Origin: an uncultured Phycisphaerales bacterium
GTDB lineage: Bacteria > Planctomycetota > Phycisphaerae > Sedimentisphaerales > Anaerobacaceae
Reading direction: 5' to 3'
Length of the DNA: 64,000 bases
Assembly (NCBI GenBank): GCA_963772725.1
Contig: CAVYYI010000003.1
Coordinates: forward strand, 320,001-384,000
Under the pieces are notes generated by a model that worked only from the letters and a program-made list of their open reading frames with translations, searched no databases and was not told the DNA's origin. Of the stretch, positions 21,365-33,957 are shown piece by piece. The translations under genes and the position numbers were made by a program. The number at the start of each line of letters is the position of its first letter. Position 1 is the first letter of the stretch.

Positions 21365-22732
21365 TCAAATTCTCCAAAGACTGCGCCGGCAAATTGTCAG
21401 TATTAAAATCAGCTTCATATATAAGGGATTTTTCGTCTTTTATACCATCCGCAGTTAACTGCTGATGTTCCGCTTTGAGAGTAGATATAACCGCAAATGT
21501 TATGCCAGCCAATAAATAAACCTGTCTGGCGCCGGAAATATCCGGGTCAATCATAGCTTGAATATACATAAATAACATACATGAAAAGGGTACAGCTACG
21601 AGAAGTTTTTCGTGAGCATCGTATAAGTCTCGTATAAAAATCCACCCCTTTATCGCCAGAGTCGTCAGCAAACCGACAAGACATGCTGTCGCAAAGAATC
21701 CCAGTTCATAAAATGCCTCAATAATAATATTATGAGGCCAGACAGGGATGTCTGTGTTGAACTTGTCCACAGCAAAACTGCCAACACCATGCCCAAATGG
21801 CATGCTTTCAGGCGCACGTTCAAGAGCCCATTTCCACAAATATGTTCTCGATTCAGACATTTGTTCGCCAAATTGAACCTGTGTCAATTTAGTAATATTG
21901 GCAGGCACTTTTTCCGGAAAGAATATTATCAAAAAAATTAACATCCCGATAAAGATACTGCCTATTATTACTGTAATAGCAAATTTGAATCGCAGCTGCA
22001 GAATAAAAGACAGTAAAAAAATAAGTATTATTACTCCCAAAATTGATGCCCGTGAACCAGCCATAATCAACGCCAGTGAACAAACAGGCAAAGACATTAT
22101 TGCTATCGCTTTCCAAAACCTGCTCAAATTTGTTTTGAGCAGCAACAGCGATAAACTCGTCAGTAAACCCCAGCTTGCTATCTCGCCAAGCAATTGAGGT
22201 GAACCTCCAAGGAAAGTGGCTCGGGTAAAACCTTTAAAATAAAACGCCTCATGCACTCAGTTTGGGGTTTTATAATAGACACGGAACAAGCTATTATTGC
22301 CGTAATAAGAATTATATTGATGACTCCTGCGGCATTTTTCGAGTTCCTTATAAGAAAAAATGGTATTAAAAAATAAGGTATTCCAATGAATGTGAAATAT
22401 AGAGTCTTCTGTAAGCCATAATTAGGTGCTGTCGTCCAGGCTAAGCTAAATGCCATACTAAATGATATACCCAAAAACATTACCAGCACACTAACTGGGA
22501 AATAACGCTTATACTCGCTCTGTGGACTTTTAATCCAGTTCCACAATGCCGCAACAGCCGCCACTAAACAAACAAGCAATGTATAATCTACCGTGCGGAA
22601 AAATGGCATTTCATACATTACCCAGAATTTAACTGTTGCTGTCGTCATCAAAAAAAACAGTACAGTTTGAGGACGATAAAGCATAATACCCGCGAGAAAA
22701 ACAACTATTAAAACTGCCAAGATGGTATTCAT
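21354..22732 (-). CDS. O-antigen polymerase/ligase (Wzy/WaaL-like); frameshift near 22250
   Basis: Multi-TM; AGSRAS, R.YLW, GHGVGSF, WPHNIIIEAFYELG. Confidence 0.8.
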
Positions 22733-22789
22733 TAAGATTGTCCCTCAAACTCATACATAGCGTTTTTCAAATATTGCCTACAAAACATT

Positions 22790-23623
22790 TTACTTTATCC
22801 CTCTTATCATAAGCATGCTTCGCCGCCATAGCCCCCTGACAGCATACCCAAAATCGAGTCGCACAAGATGCCAGAATGTCTTGTGCAGCAAACATATTAT
22901 TGTCAAAAGACTGACAGGCCATCTCCCGCAAACTTTTGTTATATATCGATTTCGAATATTTTGAGTCTCTTGTTTACAAGTTTTCTGCAGTGTTTCGGTT
23001 TTTTGCGCAGGATGTGTGCGGAAACAAACAAAATCCTTTGGTATATGTTTAACTCTTATGTATTGTCCAATCCTGCAGAAGAATTCATAGTCCATGGCAA
23101 AATGAAAACTTTCATCAAGATAACCATACTTTTCAAAAAGTGCTTGTTTCCAAAACGCCGCCGGCTGTGGTAATACTACACCAAGCAGTATTTGAGATGG
23201 CCACCAGTATGGTGTGTTGCGGGTGCGTCTGAGAACCCTATCATTCACATCGACCAGCAAAGAGTTACCAAATACAACATCCAGCGATGGTTTTTTCAAA
23301 AATGTTTTTCCTACTATCTCAAACGTCTGCTGTACGTACATATCATCGCTATTAAGCCAAGCAACTATTTCTCCTGTCGCATGACGGAAACCCTTATTCA
23401 AAGCATCTGTTTGCCCCCCGTCTTTTTCGCTGACCCAGTACGAAAGTTTATCTGAATATTTTTGGATTATTTCCACCGAACCGTCCGTACTGCCGCCGTC
23501 AATGATAATGTATTCAAGATTAGGGTATTTCTGGTCCAGTACCGACCGGATAGTGCGCTCAAGAAACTTGGCTTGATTATACGAAGGAGTTACAATCGAT
23601 ATCTTGGGATTTTCCTGTTTCAT
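22790..23623 (-). CDS. Glycosyltransferase family 2
   Basis: SIVTPSYNQ, IDGGSTDGS, WLNSDD. Confidence 0.92.
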   Translation of the reverse strand: MKQENPKISIVTPSYNQAKFLERTIRSVLDQKYPNLEYIIIDGGSTDGSVEIIQKYSDKLSYWVSEKDGGQTDALNKGFRHATGEIVAWLNSDDMYVQQTFEIVGKTFLKKPSLDVVFGNSLLVDVNDRVLRRTRNTPYWWPSQILLGVVLPQPAAFWKQALFEKYGYLDESFHFAMDYEFFCRIGQYIRVKHIPKDFVCFRTHPAQKTETLQKTCKQETQNIRNRYITKVCGRWPVSLLTIICLLHKTFWHLVRLDFGYAVRGLWRRSMLMIRGIK

Positions 23624-23655
23624 TTTCTGTCTTTGTGTATCTCTCTGATAATTAT

Positions 23656-24618
23656 TTATGAACGATGCATCTCCACAATGATAGCTTCACCGGTTCCTGA
23701 TATGCACTGTTTCCAGCTTTCAACAATTGCTGATATTTTATCATATGAGTTATAACTGCGGTCAAATTGCTTGTTCTTTTCTCCTCGCTCCGGATAGAAA
23801 GCAATCATATTCTTTTGTTTCATCACCCACCCAAAAGGGGTACAAAATACGCAGCGAGTAATACTAAATCCCTCGATTTGTGCCAGATACTTTAAGCTCT
23901 TCTGGTTATAATAAAAACGATGATAGGGAATATGCCAATTAAGCCAGTTACGCCCCGCACGTTTTCGCCAAGGTGCGTCATAATTGGGAATACTGAATAT
24001 CAATTGTCCGTCCATTTTCAATGCCCTTGCACATGCTCTAAGAAAAGGTCTGGGTTTGATAATGTGTTCAAGAACCTGTGAGCCGATTATCACATCAAAC
24101 CTACAATCATCAGAAGCAACTATATCTTCAATGGTTCCATGTATGCAGGTTAAGCCGCGTGCCCGTATTTTTTCACACATCCTATAGTCAATTTCTAAGC
24201 CGGTCCATCGCAAGCCTCGATTGATATAATCTTCCGCTTGGCTGGCTGGTCCACAACCTATTTCTAATACGCTTTTGCCCGGTGAAATCAATCTGCCAAT
24301 ATTTATTCTGCTTGGATAATCAAGTATCTGGCGGAGTATCTTTATAGAATATAAAATTGCTCGATTTTTTATCTTGGCCAATTGCTGTGATGATTGACTT
24401 GAATCTTCTCTCCAGTAATATTTATCGTACAATTTGGGCAATTCTTCCGCGCAAATCAACTGTTTCAAAAAACCTAACCCGCACACTTGACATTCTACTA
24501 CATCAAACTCATCCGGTTGGCCAAAGCGGTCATCATAGCCTGTCATAATATATTTAAGATTGTCGCTGCCGCAGATGGGACAATTGCTCAACTCTTCAAC
24601 TTCAAATTCTCTATTCAT
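23656..24618 (-). CDS. Class I SAM-dependent methyltransferase
   Basis: CPICGS...CQVCG, VLEIGCG, QVLEH, IPN motifs. Confidence 0.85.
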   Translation of the reverse strand: MNREFEVEELSNCPICGSDNLKYIMTGYDDRFGQPDEFDVVECQVCGLGFLKQLICAEELPKLYDKYYWREDSSQSSQQLAKIKNRAILYSIKILRQILDYPSRINIGRLISPGKSVLEIGCGPASQAEDYINRGLRWTGLEIDYRMCEKIRARGLTCIHGTIEDIVASDDCRFDVIIGSQVLEHIIKPRPFLRACARALKMDGQLIFSIPNYDAPWRKRAGRNWLNWHIPYHRFYYNQKSLKYLAQIEGFSITRCVFCTPFGWVMKQKNMIAFYPERGEKNKQFDRSYNSYDKISAIVESWKQCISGTGEAIIVEMHRS

Positions 24619-24633
24619 TTGATGATAATCTTC

Positions 24634-25773
24634 CTAATTGAGACGAGCTCCAATTTTATCAATAATATGGAGGAATCCCTTCTCGAAGTCTAAATGTTCA
24701 AAATAGAACTGATATGCATTATCGCTAAATACCTGACGATTTTCCATGATATGTTCAGCACATTTACCAATCTCATATTCTGAATCCGCGGCAAGTCCTA
24801 CACTGTAAAGAGTTATTAACTTTTTGAGGTCAGACAAATAAGAAGGCACAATAACAGGGAGTCCGCATCGTAAGAAGGCCGCGAATTTCCCGGATGATAA
24901 GCCTATTTCCTGAACATTAATGGTCAATCCTTTTTTGTACCATGCGAGCCCTATATCTGCGGAAGACACAAGATTCATATAATCATCGGTAGAAAGACAA
25001 TCTAACGAAAGGCAGACCTTCATCTGTATCTTGTTAATATCTTTCACCATATTCTGTATCTTTTCTATATATCCGTCCCGGCTCCAACCATGCAAAACCA
25101 AAACGAGGTTACTATTCCAGCTGCTGGCAGCCTTTATGAGGTTATCATCTATTGCCCACTCTTCTATTCCGCCAGTGAAAAGAACTATTACCCTGTCATT
25201 AGGTATGCTGAACTTGTCTCTTAAATACCTCGATTTTTTTCTTACAACTCCAATGTAGGAATTAGGGACGCAATACACACGCTCCGGCTCCAAACCGTGA
25301 ACTTTTTGAATCAAGGTCTTTCTGCTTTCATCCTGCACTATTGTAAAGTCTATCCGCCTGTTCAGGGCTGATACAACATATTTTATTATCCAGGCTTTTA
25401 CGGTCTTTATCTCGTCATCAGCGCTTATCTCCAGGCAGAAATAAATACAAGGTATTCTAAATACTTTGCTTAAAATCGCTGAAACAATTAATCCAGTTTG
25501 TGTAAAAGGAATCAAAAGGGCATACTCTGAAACTTTAGCGGCCAATGTACGGAAGATACTCTTGGCAGCACCTTTACAAGGCTTAAACCGTAAAATACGC
25601 AATTGTTCTATATCACAGTCAGCCTCTATAGACTCCGGCAAAAAGAGGTCCACGTCATATCCAGCCTGAATTAGCAGCGTAGCCGTATTACATACTGATG
25701 GAAATGTGCTTAAATTGCGGTCAGAGTAAAGAAGAAGGGCAATTCTGTGTTTTATTCTATTTCCTTTTTCCAT
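24634..25773 (-). CDS. GT-B fold glycosyltransferase (GT4-like)
   Basis: VPNS, LFTGGI, ADIGLAWY, SSGKFAAFLRCGLPVIV. Confidence 0.75.
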   Translation of the reverse strand: MEKGNRIKHRIALLLYSDRNLSTFPSVCNTATLLIQAGYDVDLFLPESIEADCDIEQLRILRFKPCKGAAKSIFRTLAAKVSEYALLIPFTQTGLIVSAILSKVFRIPCIYFCLEISADDEIKTVKAWIIKYVVSALNRRIDFTIVQDESRKTLIQKVHGLEPERVYCVPNSYIGVVRKKSRYLRDKFSIPNDRVIVLFTGGIEEWAIDDNLIKAASSWNSNLVLVLHGWSRDGYIEKIQNMVKDINKIQMKVCLSLDCLSTDDYMNLVSSADIGLAWYKKGLTINVQEIGLSSGKFAAFLRCGLPVIVPSYLSDLKKLITLYSVGLAADSEYEIGKCAEHIMENRQVFSDNAYQFYFEHLDFEKGFLHIIDKIGARLN

Positions 25774-25797
25774 GGGCTGATTATCTCAATATTGTTT

Positions 25798-27312
25798 TTA
25801 TACTATTTTTCTATATGTTCTTAAACTATGTATGACTTTACTCAAAATGTCTCTTGGTATCTTGAAGATATGAAAACACAAACACAAGACTAAAGAAAGA
25901 ACTGCGGATATGATTACAAAAAAAGCCAATCCAACAAAACCTGCGTTTACATATAAGGGTACTACAGCACCAATAACTGCTCCAACTGCAACTACTGCAA
26001 AACCTCTGATAATCAGCCACCATATCTCAAGTTGACTAACCTTCAGGGATTTAATAATTATACTAAAATATATCGGAAAAGGAATAATGCCAAAAATCAA
26101 ACTTGAGGCTGTTCCTGTAATTCCGTACCGCTTAGTTAAAAATATACATCCTGCCAGGTATAGCACCACTCCTATCCCTGTGCTGATTAAATTGAATTTA
26201 GGTTTGCCGAGAGCATTATAAAAATGATATGGCACTACCCCAATCCCGGAAAAGTAAAACAGCGAAGCCATTATGGGTATGATATAAGGAATATGGGAAT
26301 AAAAGTCATGCCCCATAACCGCTATCAGTAGAAAATTACCTGCCGCTGATATATTAAATGCCAGCAATGCCGAGGTAGCGACGGCATATTTCATGCTTTT
26401 TGAAAAATAAAATCCCATCCGGTCTTGTTCAGTTAAAAGGACGTTACTAATATGAGGAAAAAGAAAATCGAATATCAGGCTGTTTATTGTCATCACCATA
26501 CTTGCAATCAAAAATCCCAGTGAATAATACCCGATATAAGATGCCCCTAAAATGTTACCTACAATAAATTTATCTATCCTGAAATAAGCCATGCCTAACA
26601 GGTTATTTACACCAATAAAGAAAGAAAAACCGACAATCATCCGAACTATTCCAAAGTCAAAATAATTCACATTTCTGTCCATATAAAAGATAGCAGAAAC
26701 TTTACGCGCCATTATAAAATATGCCGCCATTGTGCCAATATTGGCCAAGACAGTAATCCACACCATAGCAGTCAGGCCATACCCTGCAAAAAGAAATATG
26801 AGTATTACCGTATACATCACGATAATCTTGGTAATATTGACAATATTAGTCAGGTCGTATCGCAGGTATGCCTTTAACACTCCTATCAGCGAACTGTTGA
26901 CCATTCCAAATATAAAACCCATAGAGGCTATTTTGACAGCTCTTATTGCCAGCTCAACCGTGGAGGCATCCGGTTTAACAAATGTTTTTACCAGGAATTC
27001 CGCTCCAAAAAACATGATTGCCGAGCCTATTAATCCCGTAATAATAAGCCACGAGAGCCCCATAATCAGAGTTTTATTGGCGAGATTGGTATCGGTATCT
27101 TTATATTGAGACAAAAATTTAACTATTGCGGCAGAGAAACCGAAATCAAGTATCGATGTGAATCCTATAAGCGCAACTATGAATGAGTAAACCCCATACG
27201 AATCGACTCCGAGTTTATCGACAAGTATTGGTGCCGCTATGAATCCTGCAATCAAAGATGCTGCAAAACCGGCTATATTATACGATGCTGTTTTGGTTGC
27301 GATCTTACGCAT
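25798..27312 (-). CDS. wzx: Wzx-type polysaccharide flippase
   Basis: Multi-TM; LG...YG.YS, LDFGFS.A..KF, IDKFIVG.ILG...GYYS; likely start MRKIATK at 27312. Confidence 0.85.
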   Translation of the reverse strand: MRKIATKTASYNIAGFAASLIAGFIAAPILVDKLGVDSYGVYSFIVALIGFTSILDFGFSAAIVKFLSQYKDTDTNLANKTLIMGLSWLIITGLIGSAIMFFGAEFLVKTFVKPDASTVELAIRAVKIASMGFIFGMVNSSLIGVLKAYLRYDLTNIVNITKIIVMYTVILIFLFAGYGLTAMVWITVLANIGTMAAYFIMARKVSAIFYMDRNVNYFDFGIVRMIVGFSFFIGVNNLLGMAYFRIDKFIVGNILGASYIGYYSLGFLIASMVMTINSLIFDFLFPHISNVLLTEQDRMGFYFSKSMKYAVATSALLAFNISAAGNFLLIAVMGHDFYSHIPYIIPIMASLFYFSGIGVVPYHFYNALGKPKFNLISTGIGVVLYLAGCIFLTKRYGITGTASSLIFGIIPFPIYFSIIIKSLKVSQLEIWWLIIRGFAVVAVGAVIGAVVPLYVNAGFVGLAFFVIISAVLSLVLCLCFHIFKIPRDILSKVIHSLRTYRKIV

Positions 27313-27988
27313 CTGTATTTGGAAACCTTTCACGAACTTTGCTGGCCGGCTGACCCGAAATATATGAATTATCAGGAAAAGTCCCCATAACCAGAGACTT
27401 ACTTACCACAAAAGAATTTTTACCTATATGGACACCTGGCATAACAATGCAGTCTAAACCTATCCAGACATTATCTTCTAAGCAAACCGGCGATTCTATA
27501 AATGGTGCCTGAGCATATGGCATAATGGAAATGATTTTACTTCTATCTTCTGGGTCATAGGGAAGGTTGCTAAGCGAATAAACCTTTGTCCCGGCGCTTA
27601 GCGTACAATTGTCCCCGATACAAATACCGCCGTAGGCCATAATGACACAAAATTGTACAATATGTATATTGCTTCCTATGACTAATTCACCCCTGTCATA
27701 TTTATAAGCTGTGTTTTGTTTTTTTTCTGTCTTACCAATGCTGATGGGACCGGCATTTATAATACAATATTTATCGATAACAACATTATCACCCACACTT
27801 ATGTGTTCTGCCCCTTCAATAATAACTCCCTCGCGTATCGTTACGTTTTTCCCGCAGGATTTAAATCTTCTCTTGTAAAATTGATACCTTAACCATTTCC
27901 CGCCATTACCCGGTAAATATATCAAAGGTAATAGTAACATACTTTTCGACAGTAAAATGGGCGACTTGAAAAACGTTATAAGTTTCAT
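27305..27988 (-). CDS. Hexapeptide-repeat acyltransferase
   Basis: Left-handed beta-helix repeats; LEDNVWIG...MPGVHIGKNS. Confidence 0.85.
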   Translation of the reverse strand: MKLITFFKSPILLSKSMLLLPLIYLPGNGGKWLRYQFYKRRFKSCGKNVTIREGVIIEGAEHISVGDNVVIDKYCIINAGPISIGKTEKKQNTAYKYDRGELVIGSNIHIVQFCVIMAYGGICIGDNCTLSAGTKVYSLSNLPYDPEDRSKIISIMPYAQAPFIESPVCLEDNVWIGLDCIVMPGVHIGKNSFVVSKSLVMGTFPDNSYISGQPASKVRERFPNTDA

Positions 27989-29106
27989 AGAACTTTTGTT
28001 ACAGCTTTTACTACGTTCTCAATATCTTCATGATTAAGGGTAAGTCCTGTCGGCAGGTAAAAACCGTATTTATAGATTTCCTCGCTGACAGGCAAAGTCT
28101 CTTTCCGGTACCATCCGAATTTTTCAAAGGCCGGCTGTTTATGAAGAGGGTAAAAGAAGGGACGGGTTTGAACACCTAAATCTGACATTTTTTTCATAAC
28201 CATTTCCGCATCCATACCGCTCTTAGGGTTCAATACCATTCCGTACATCCAATAGCTGTTCTTTGCCCATTTTTTTTCTACAGGAAGCTGAACAATGCCT
28301 TTTTCCTGTAGAGGCCTTAACAATTCATTATATGTCTCACCAATCCATACCTTCTTTTTAACATGTTCCTCTATTCTTTCAAGCTGCGCTAAGCCTATTG
28401 CCGCCTGTACATTGGTCATCCTGAAATTGAAACCCAACTCATAATGAATAAACCTTTTTTCTGGAATAAAGGCTAAATTCTTCAATCGTCTTAGTTTTTC
28501 AGAAAGGTCGTTATTATTAGTCAGACACATTCCACCCTCACCGGTAGTAACAACTTTGTTTGCATAAAAACTTGCGCAGCTTATATCTCCAAATCCGCCG
28601 CATTTCTTACCCTTATATTCAGAACCGATGGCTTCCGCAAAATCTTCAATAATATAAAGATAGTGTTTTTTTGCAATTGCGGCAATCGCGTCCATGTCAA
28701 CAGGATGACCATAGATATGAACAGGCATAATTGCTTTTGTTTTATGTGTTATTTTTTCTTCTATTTTAGACACATCTATGTTCCAGGTCTCTTTTTCAGA
28801 ATCGACAAAAACCGGCGTCAGATTATTGTAGATACAGGCCAAAGCGCAGGAGATGATTGTAAATGAAGGAAGAATTACTTCGCTGCCTTCATGTAAATTC
28901 AATGCCCGCATTGCAAGAATTAGTGCATTAGTGCCGTTATTTACACTTATTCCTTCGGTTTGGCCTAAATATGCGGCGAATTGCTCTTCAAATTTTTGAA
29001 TGAATTTTCCTTCTGAGGAAATCCACCCTGATTTCACCGCTTCCATTACATACTCGACCTCTTTATCGAGGACCAGCGGTTCGTTTACTGGTATCATTTT
29101 TTGCAT
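27985..29106 (-). CDS. DegT/DnrJ aminotransferase, GDP-perosamine synthase-like
   Basis: SGWISS.G, VHIYGHP, EDFAEA, SFYANK.VTTGEGGM, NFRMTNVQAAIG; gmd is nearby. Confidence 0.88.
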   Translation of the reverse strand: MQKMIPVNEPLVLDKEVEYVMEAVKSGWISSEGKFIQKFEEQFAAYLGQTEGISVNNGTNALILAMRALNLHEGSEVILPSFTIISCALACIYNNLTPVFVDSEKETWNIDVSKIEEKITHKTKAIMPVHIYGHPVDMDAIAAIAKKHYLYIIEDFAEAIGSEYKGKKCGGFGDISCASFYANKVVTTGEGGMCLTNNNDLSEKLRRLKNLAFIPEKRFIHYELGFNFRMTNVQAAIGLAQLERIEEHVKKKVWIGETYNELLRPLQEKGIVQLPVEKKWAKNSYWMYGMVLNPKSGMDAEMVMKKMSDLGVQTRPFFYPLHKQPAFEKFGWYRKETLPVSEEIYKYGFYLPTGLTLNHEDIENVVKAVTKVL

Positions 29107-29537
29107 TCTATCCCTTCAAATCTCTGTTTATCATCTTTGCCAAGGAAAGGCCCTTGTTTTATTTCTATCATACACGAATCTTCTATAACCTCAAAACCGT
29201 GTCCGCCGCCGCAGAGCAATATGAAATCTCCGCATTCTATGACTTCAGAAAATACATGCTTCTTGTCCGAATCATAGAAGTTAACCTTAACTTTGCCTTT
29301 CTTTATAAAAAGAACTTCCTGCGTATAGAACACTTCTCTTTTACTATAGAGATGTATATGAGGTTTTATAATGGAATTCTTTTTGTGCGGCAGGTATCCA
29401 AGCTGTTGAGAAAAATTAACGGGTGTGAAGAAAGTTAATTCCTCACTTTCAAAGCCGGAACGAATTATAATACAATATAATTCGTTATTGTTGTAACAAA
29501 GCTCTAAACCTTTTTGTTTTATTTCTTTATTTACCAT
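29094..29537 (-). CDS. Cupin-fold protein of polysaccharide loci
   Basis: PHIH...TQEVL, GGHGF, EIKQGP. Confidence 0.75.
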   Translation of the reverse strand: MVNKEIKQKGLELCYNNNELYCIIIRSGFESEELTFFTPVNFSQQLGYLPHKKNSIIKPHIHLYSKREVFYTQEVLFIKKGKVKVNFYDSDKKHVFSEVIECGDFILLCGGGHGFEVIEDSCMIEIKQGPFLGKDDKQRFEGIECKK

Positions 29538-29637
29538 AGTCCTTTACCAAACATTCTTGATTATATTATATATTGTATTGCGTGCACACTGTTAAACAAG
29601 CAAAAATTTACAAATTTCGACAAAACATATTTTTCTC

Positions 29638-29699
29638 TTAAAAGCCAGCTAGTACAGGATGGCAATAACCTTTCGCTCCTATAGGGTTGCATTATTTAT
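29638..29699 (-). pseudogene. Relic of a wbpB-like 3' end
   Basis: Minus strand reads INNAT(1-nt gap)PIGAKGYCHPVLAGF*; the intact gene ending at 30961 reads IRNATPIGAKGYCHPMLGRS*. Confidence 0.85.
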
Positions 29700-29800
29700 T
29701 AACGACATAAGCACACCAGAACTCATGTTACGACGCAATTGAGAGCCCAATGTCTCACACAAAATCTTTGATGACAAATGAAGGGTTCGCTACATTCAAA

Positions 29801-29845
29801 TCAATCCTCGTTATGTTCTTTCAGCAGTTTTTAACTCTCAGCTAT
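29801..29845 (-). pseudogene. Relic of a gmd 3' end overlapping the wecB stop
   Basis: Minus strand reads IAES*KLLKEHNED*; intact gmd ends [14 protein letters not shown]. Confidence 0.75.
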
Positions 29846-30924
29846 AATTTTCACTATTCTCTCTGCGGCTTTACCGTCCCAGAATTTTGGCACTTTCGAT
29901 TTATAGCTGTCTCTGTTCGCCATTATCTCGCGATAATTTTTGAGAATATCTTCGCCGGTGATACGTACCAGGCGATTTGTCCCATCAGTAATCGTAACCG
30001 GTCTTTCCGTACTCTCACGCAGCGTCATACAGGGCACACCAAGTATCGTCGTTTCCTCCTGTATTCCGCCTGAATCCGTCAGCACCACGGCAGCATCGCC
30101 CGTCAGCCGCAAAAAGTCAAGATATCCCAGCGGCTCAAGCAATATCAGATTCTTCATCGCGTTAACTCGTTTTTCCATCTCCGTGCCTTTTATGTTATTC
30201 CGCGTTCGAGGGTGAATCGGGAAAACCAGTTTTATCTCTTTTTCGATCTTTTCAAACGCTGAAAGAATCTGCCCGAATTTCTCCATATTATCCACGTTAC
30301 TTGGCCTATGCAGCGTAATCACACCGTACTTCCTAGGTAAAAGTCCCAGCCGAACCAGTATATCCGACTTCTCGCTTTTTGCAGATTTGCCATCAGCGTA
30401 TCTATCATCACATTCCCGACAAAATGCACCTTATCAGAGTCAATGCCCTCTTTTTTCAGATTATCAATACCAGATTGCTCGGTAACAAAAAGCAAATCGC
30501 TGATACTGTCTGTCAGCAGCCGGTTGATTTCTTCCGGCATCGCACGGTCAAAACTGCGCAGTCCCGCCTCAACGTGTATAAGCTTAACGCCGAGTTTAAC
30601 CGCGACCAAACCGCAGGCAATCGTACTATTCACGTCGCCGACCACCAGGACATAATCAGGCTTAAAATCCAGTACCACCGGCTCAAATTTTTTCATTATC
30701 TCCGCCGTCTGAACAGCGTGACTGCCCGAACCAACCTCAAGATTTATATCCGGCTTTGGTATTCCAAGTTCATCAAAAAAAAGTTTGCTCATTTTTTCAT
30801 CATAATGTTGACCCGTATGAACCAGCAATGGCTGAAAACTTCCATTCAACTTAAAGGTTTTCATCAACGGCGCTATTTTCATAAAATTGGGTCTGGCTCC
30901 GCACACACAAATAATTTTTATCAT
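29831..30924 (-). CDS. wecB: UDP-N-acetylglucosamine 2-epimerase (non-hydrolysing); frameshift near 30372
   Basis: GARPNFMK, HTGQHYD, GDVNST, HVEAGLRS, TLHRPSNVD, TDSGGIQEE. Confidence 0.9.
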
Positions 30925-30960
30925 AGTATTTTCCTTTGTAATCTTGCGGGTTTTACATCT

Positions 30961-31904
30961 TTAAGAGCGTCCCAACATTGGATGACAATAGCCTTTCGCT
31001 CCTATCGGTGTCGCGTTGCGAATTTCAGAGGCAATCTCTACGGAGGTTAATATATCTTTCGGACCAAAACCGTTGCCGGAAAGAATCTGACGATAACTCT
31101 CCGTATGAAGGTCCGCGAAGCCCTCTGAAAATTCCACCTCTTTGCCGTCAACCGTAATCGACCGGTACGTCGCGGCCTTACCCGGTTCAGGTGCAACCGG
31201 CAAATCACGCCGGTCAAGAGACAAAAACCATCTCACCCTGGCCTTTTCAAGTTCAAGAAAACCCGCTGCCCGCTTAGGCTCAGAAACGTGAACAATATTC
31301 TTTTTAACACCTCCAAAAATCCACGCCAGCATATCAAAAAAATGAATGCCGATATTCGTCGCTATTCCGCCCGACTTACTCACATCGCCCTTCCACGAAA
31401 CCATGTACCAGTGCCCCGCGAGGTTATATAAGTCAAATCAACATCGAAAATCTTGCCTTTAGGCGAATTATCTATGCTCTCCTTCAACGCTTTGATTGTT
31501 GGATGATACCTAAGCTGAAGAATGGTATTAATTCGCTTACCCGTCTCCTGCTCCATCTCTGTCAACGCCGTTACATTCCACGGATTAATCACAAGAGGCT
31601 TTTCGCAAATCGCGTCCGCCCCTATCCGTAGCGCGAACCTCACATGGGCATCGTGAAGATAATTCGGCGAACATATTGAAACATAATCCACCGAGTGACC
31701 TTTTTTGCGCTTTATCAAATCCAGATGGCGGTCAAACCTCTCAAATTCAGTAAAAAAATCCGCATCGGGGAAATATGAGTCAAGTATGCCCACAGAATCA
31801 CTCTTGTCCAAAGCGGCCACCAATGTATTTCCCGTCTCCTTAATAGCCTTTAAATGCCGCGGCGCAATATACCCGCCAACACCTATTAAAGCGAACTTTT
31901 TCAT
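30961..31904 (-). CDS. Gfo/Idh/MocA oxidoreductase, WbpB/WlbA-like UDP-GlcNAcA 3-dehydrogenase; frameshift near 31414
   Basis: GYIAPRHLKAI, CSPNYLHD, CEKPLV, YITSRG/WY..SWKGD..KSGGIATNIGIHFFD. Confidence 0.88.
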
Positions 31905-31953
31905 CTATTTACCCTTTTCATAAATTTAATCAGATGAAATCTGAGGTCACTTT

Positions 31954-33908
<1,955 letters not shown>

Positions 33909-33957
33909 GATTCGTACCTCCTAAAAAGTAAATAAGCTTTTTTACGACTAACTAACG

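Noticed and set aside
27305..31904. Complete WbpABEDI di-N-acetyl-mannuronate pathway
   Set aside because: No WbpA-like dehydrogenase in the window, and the aminotransferase looks more like perosamine synthase; only partial support.
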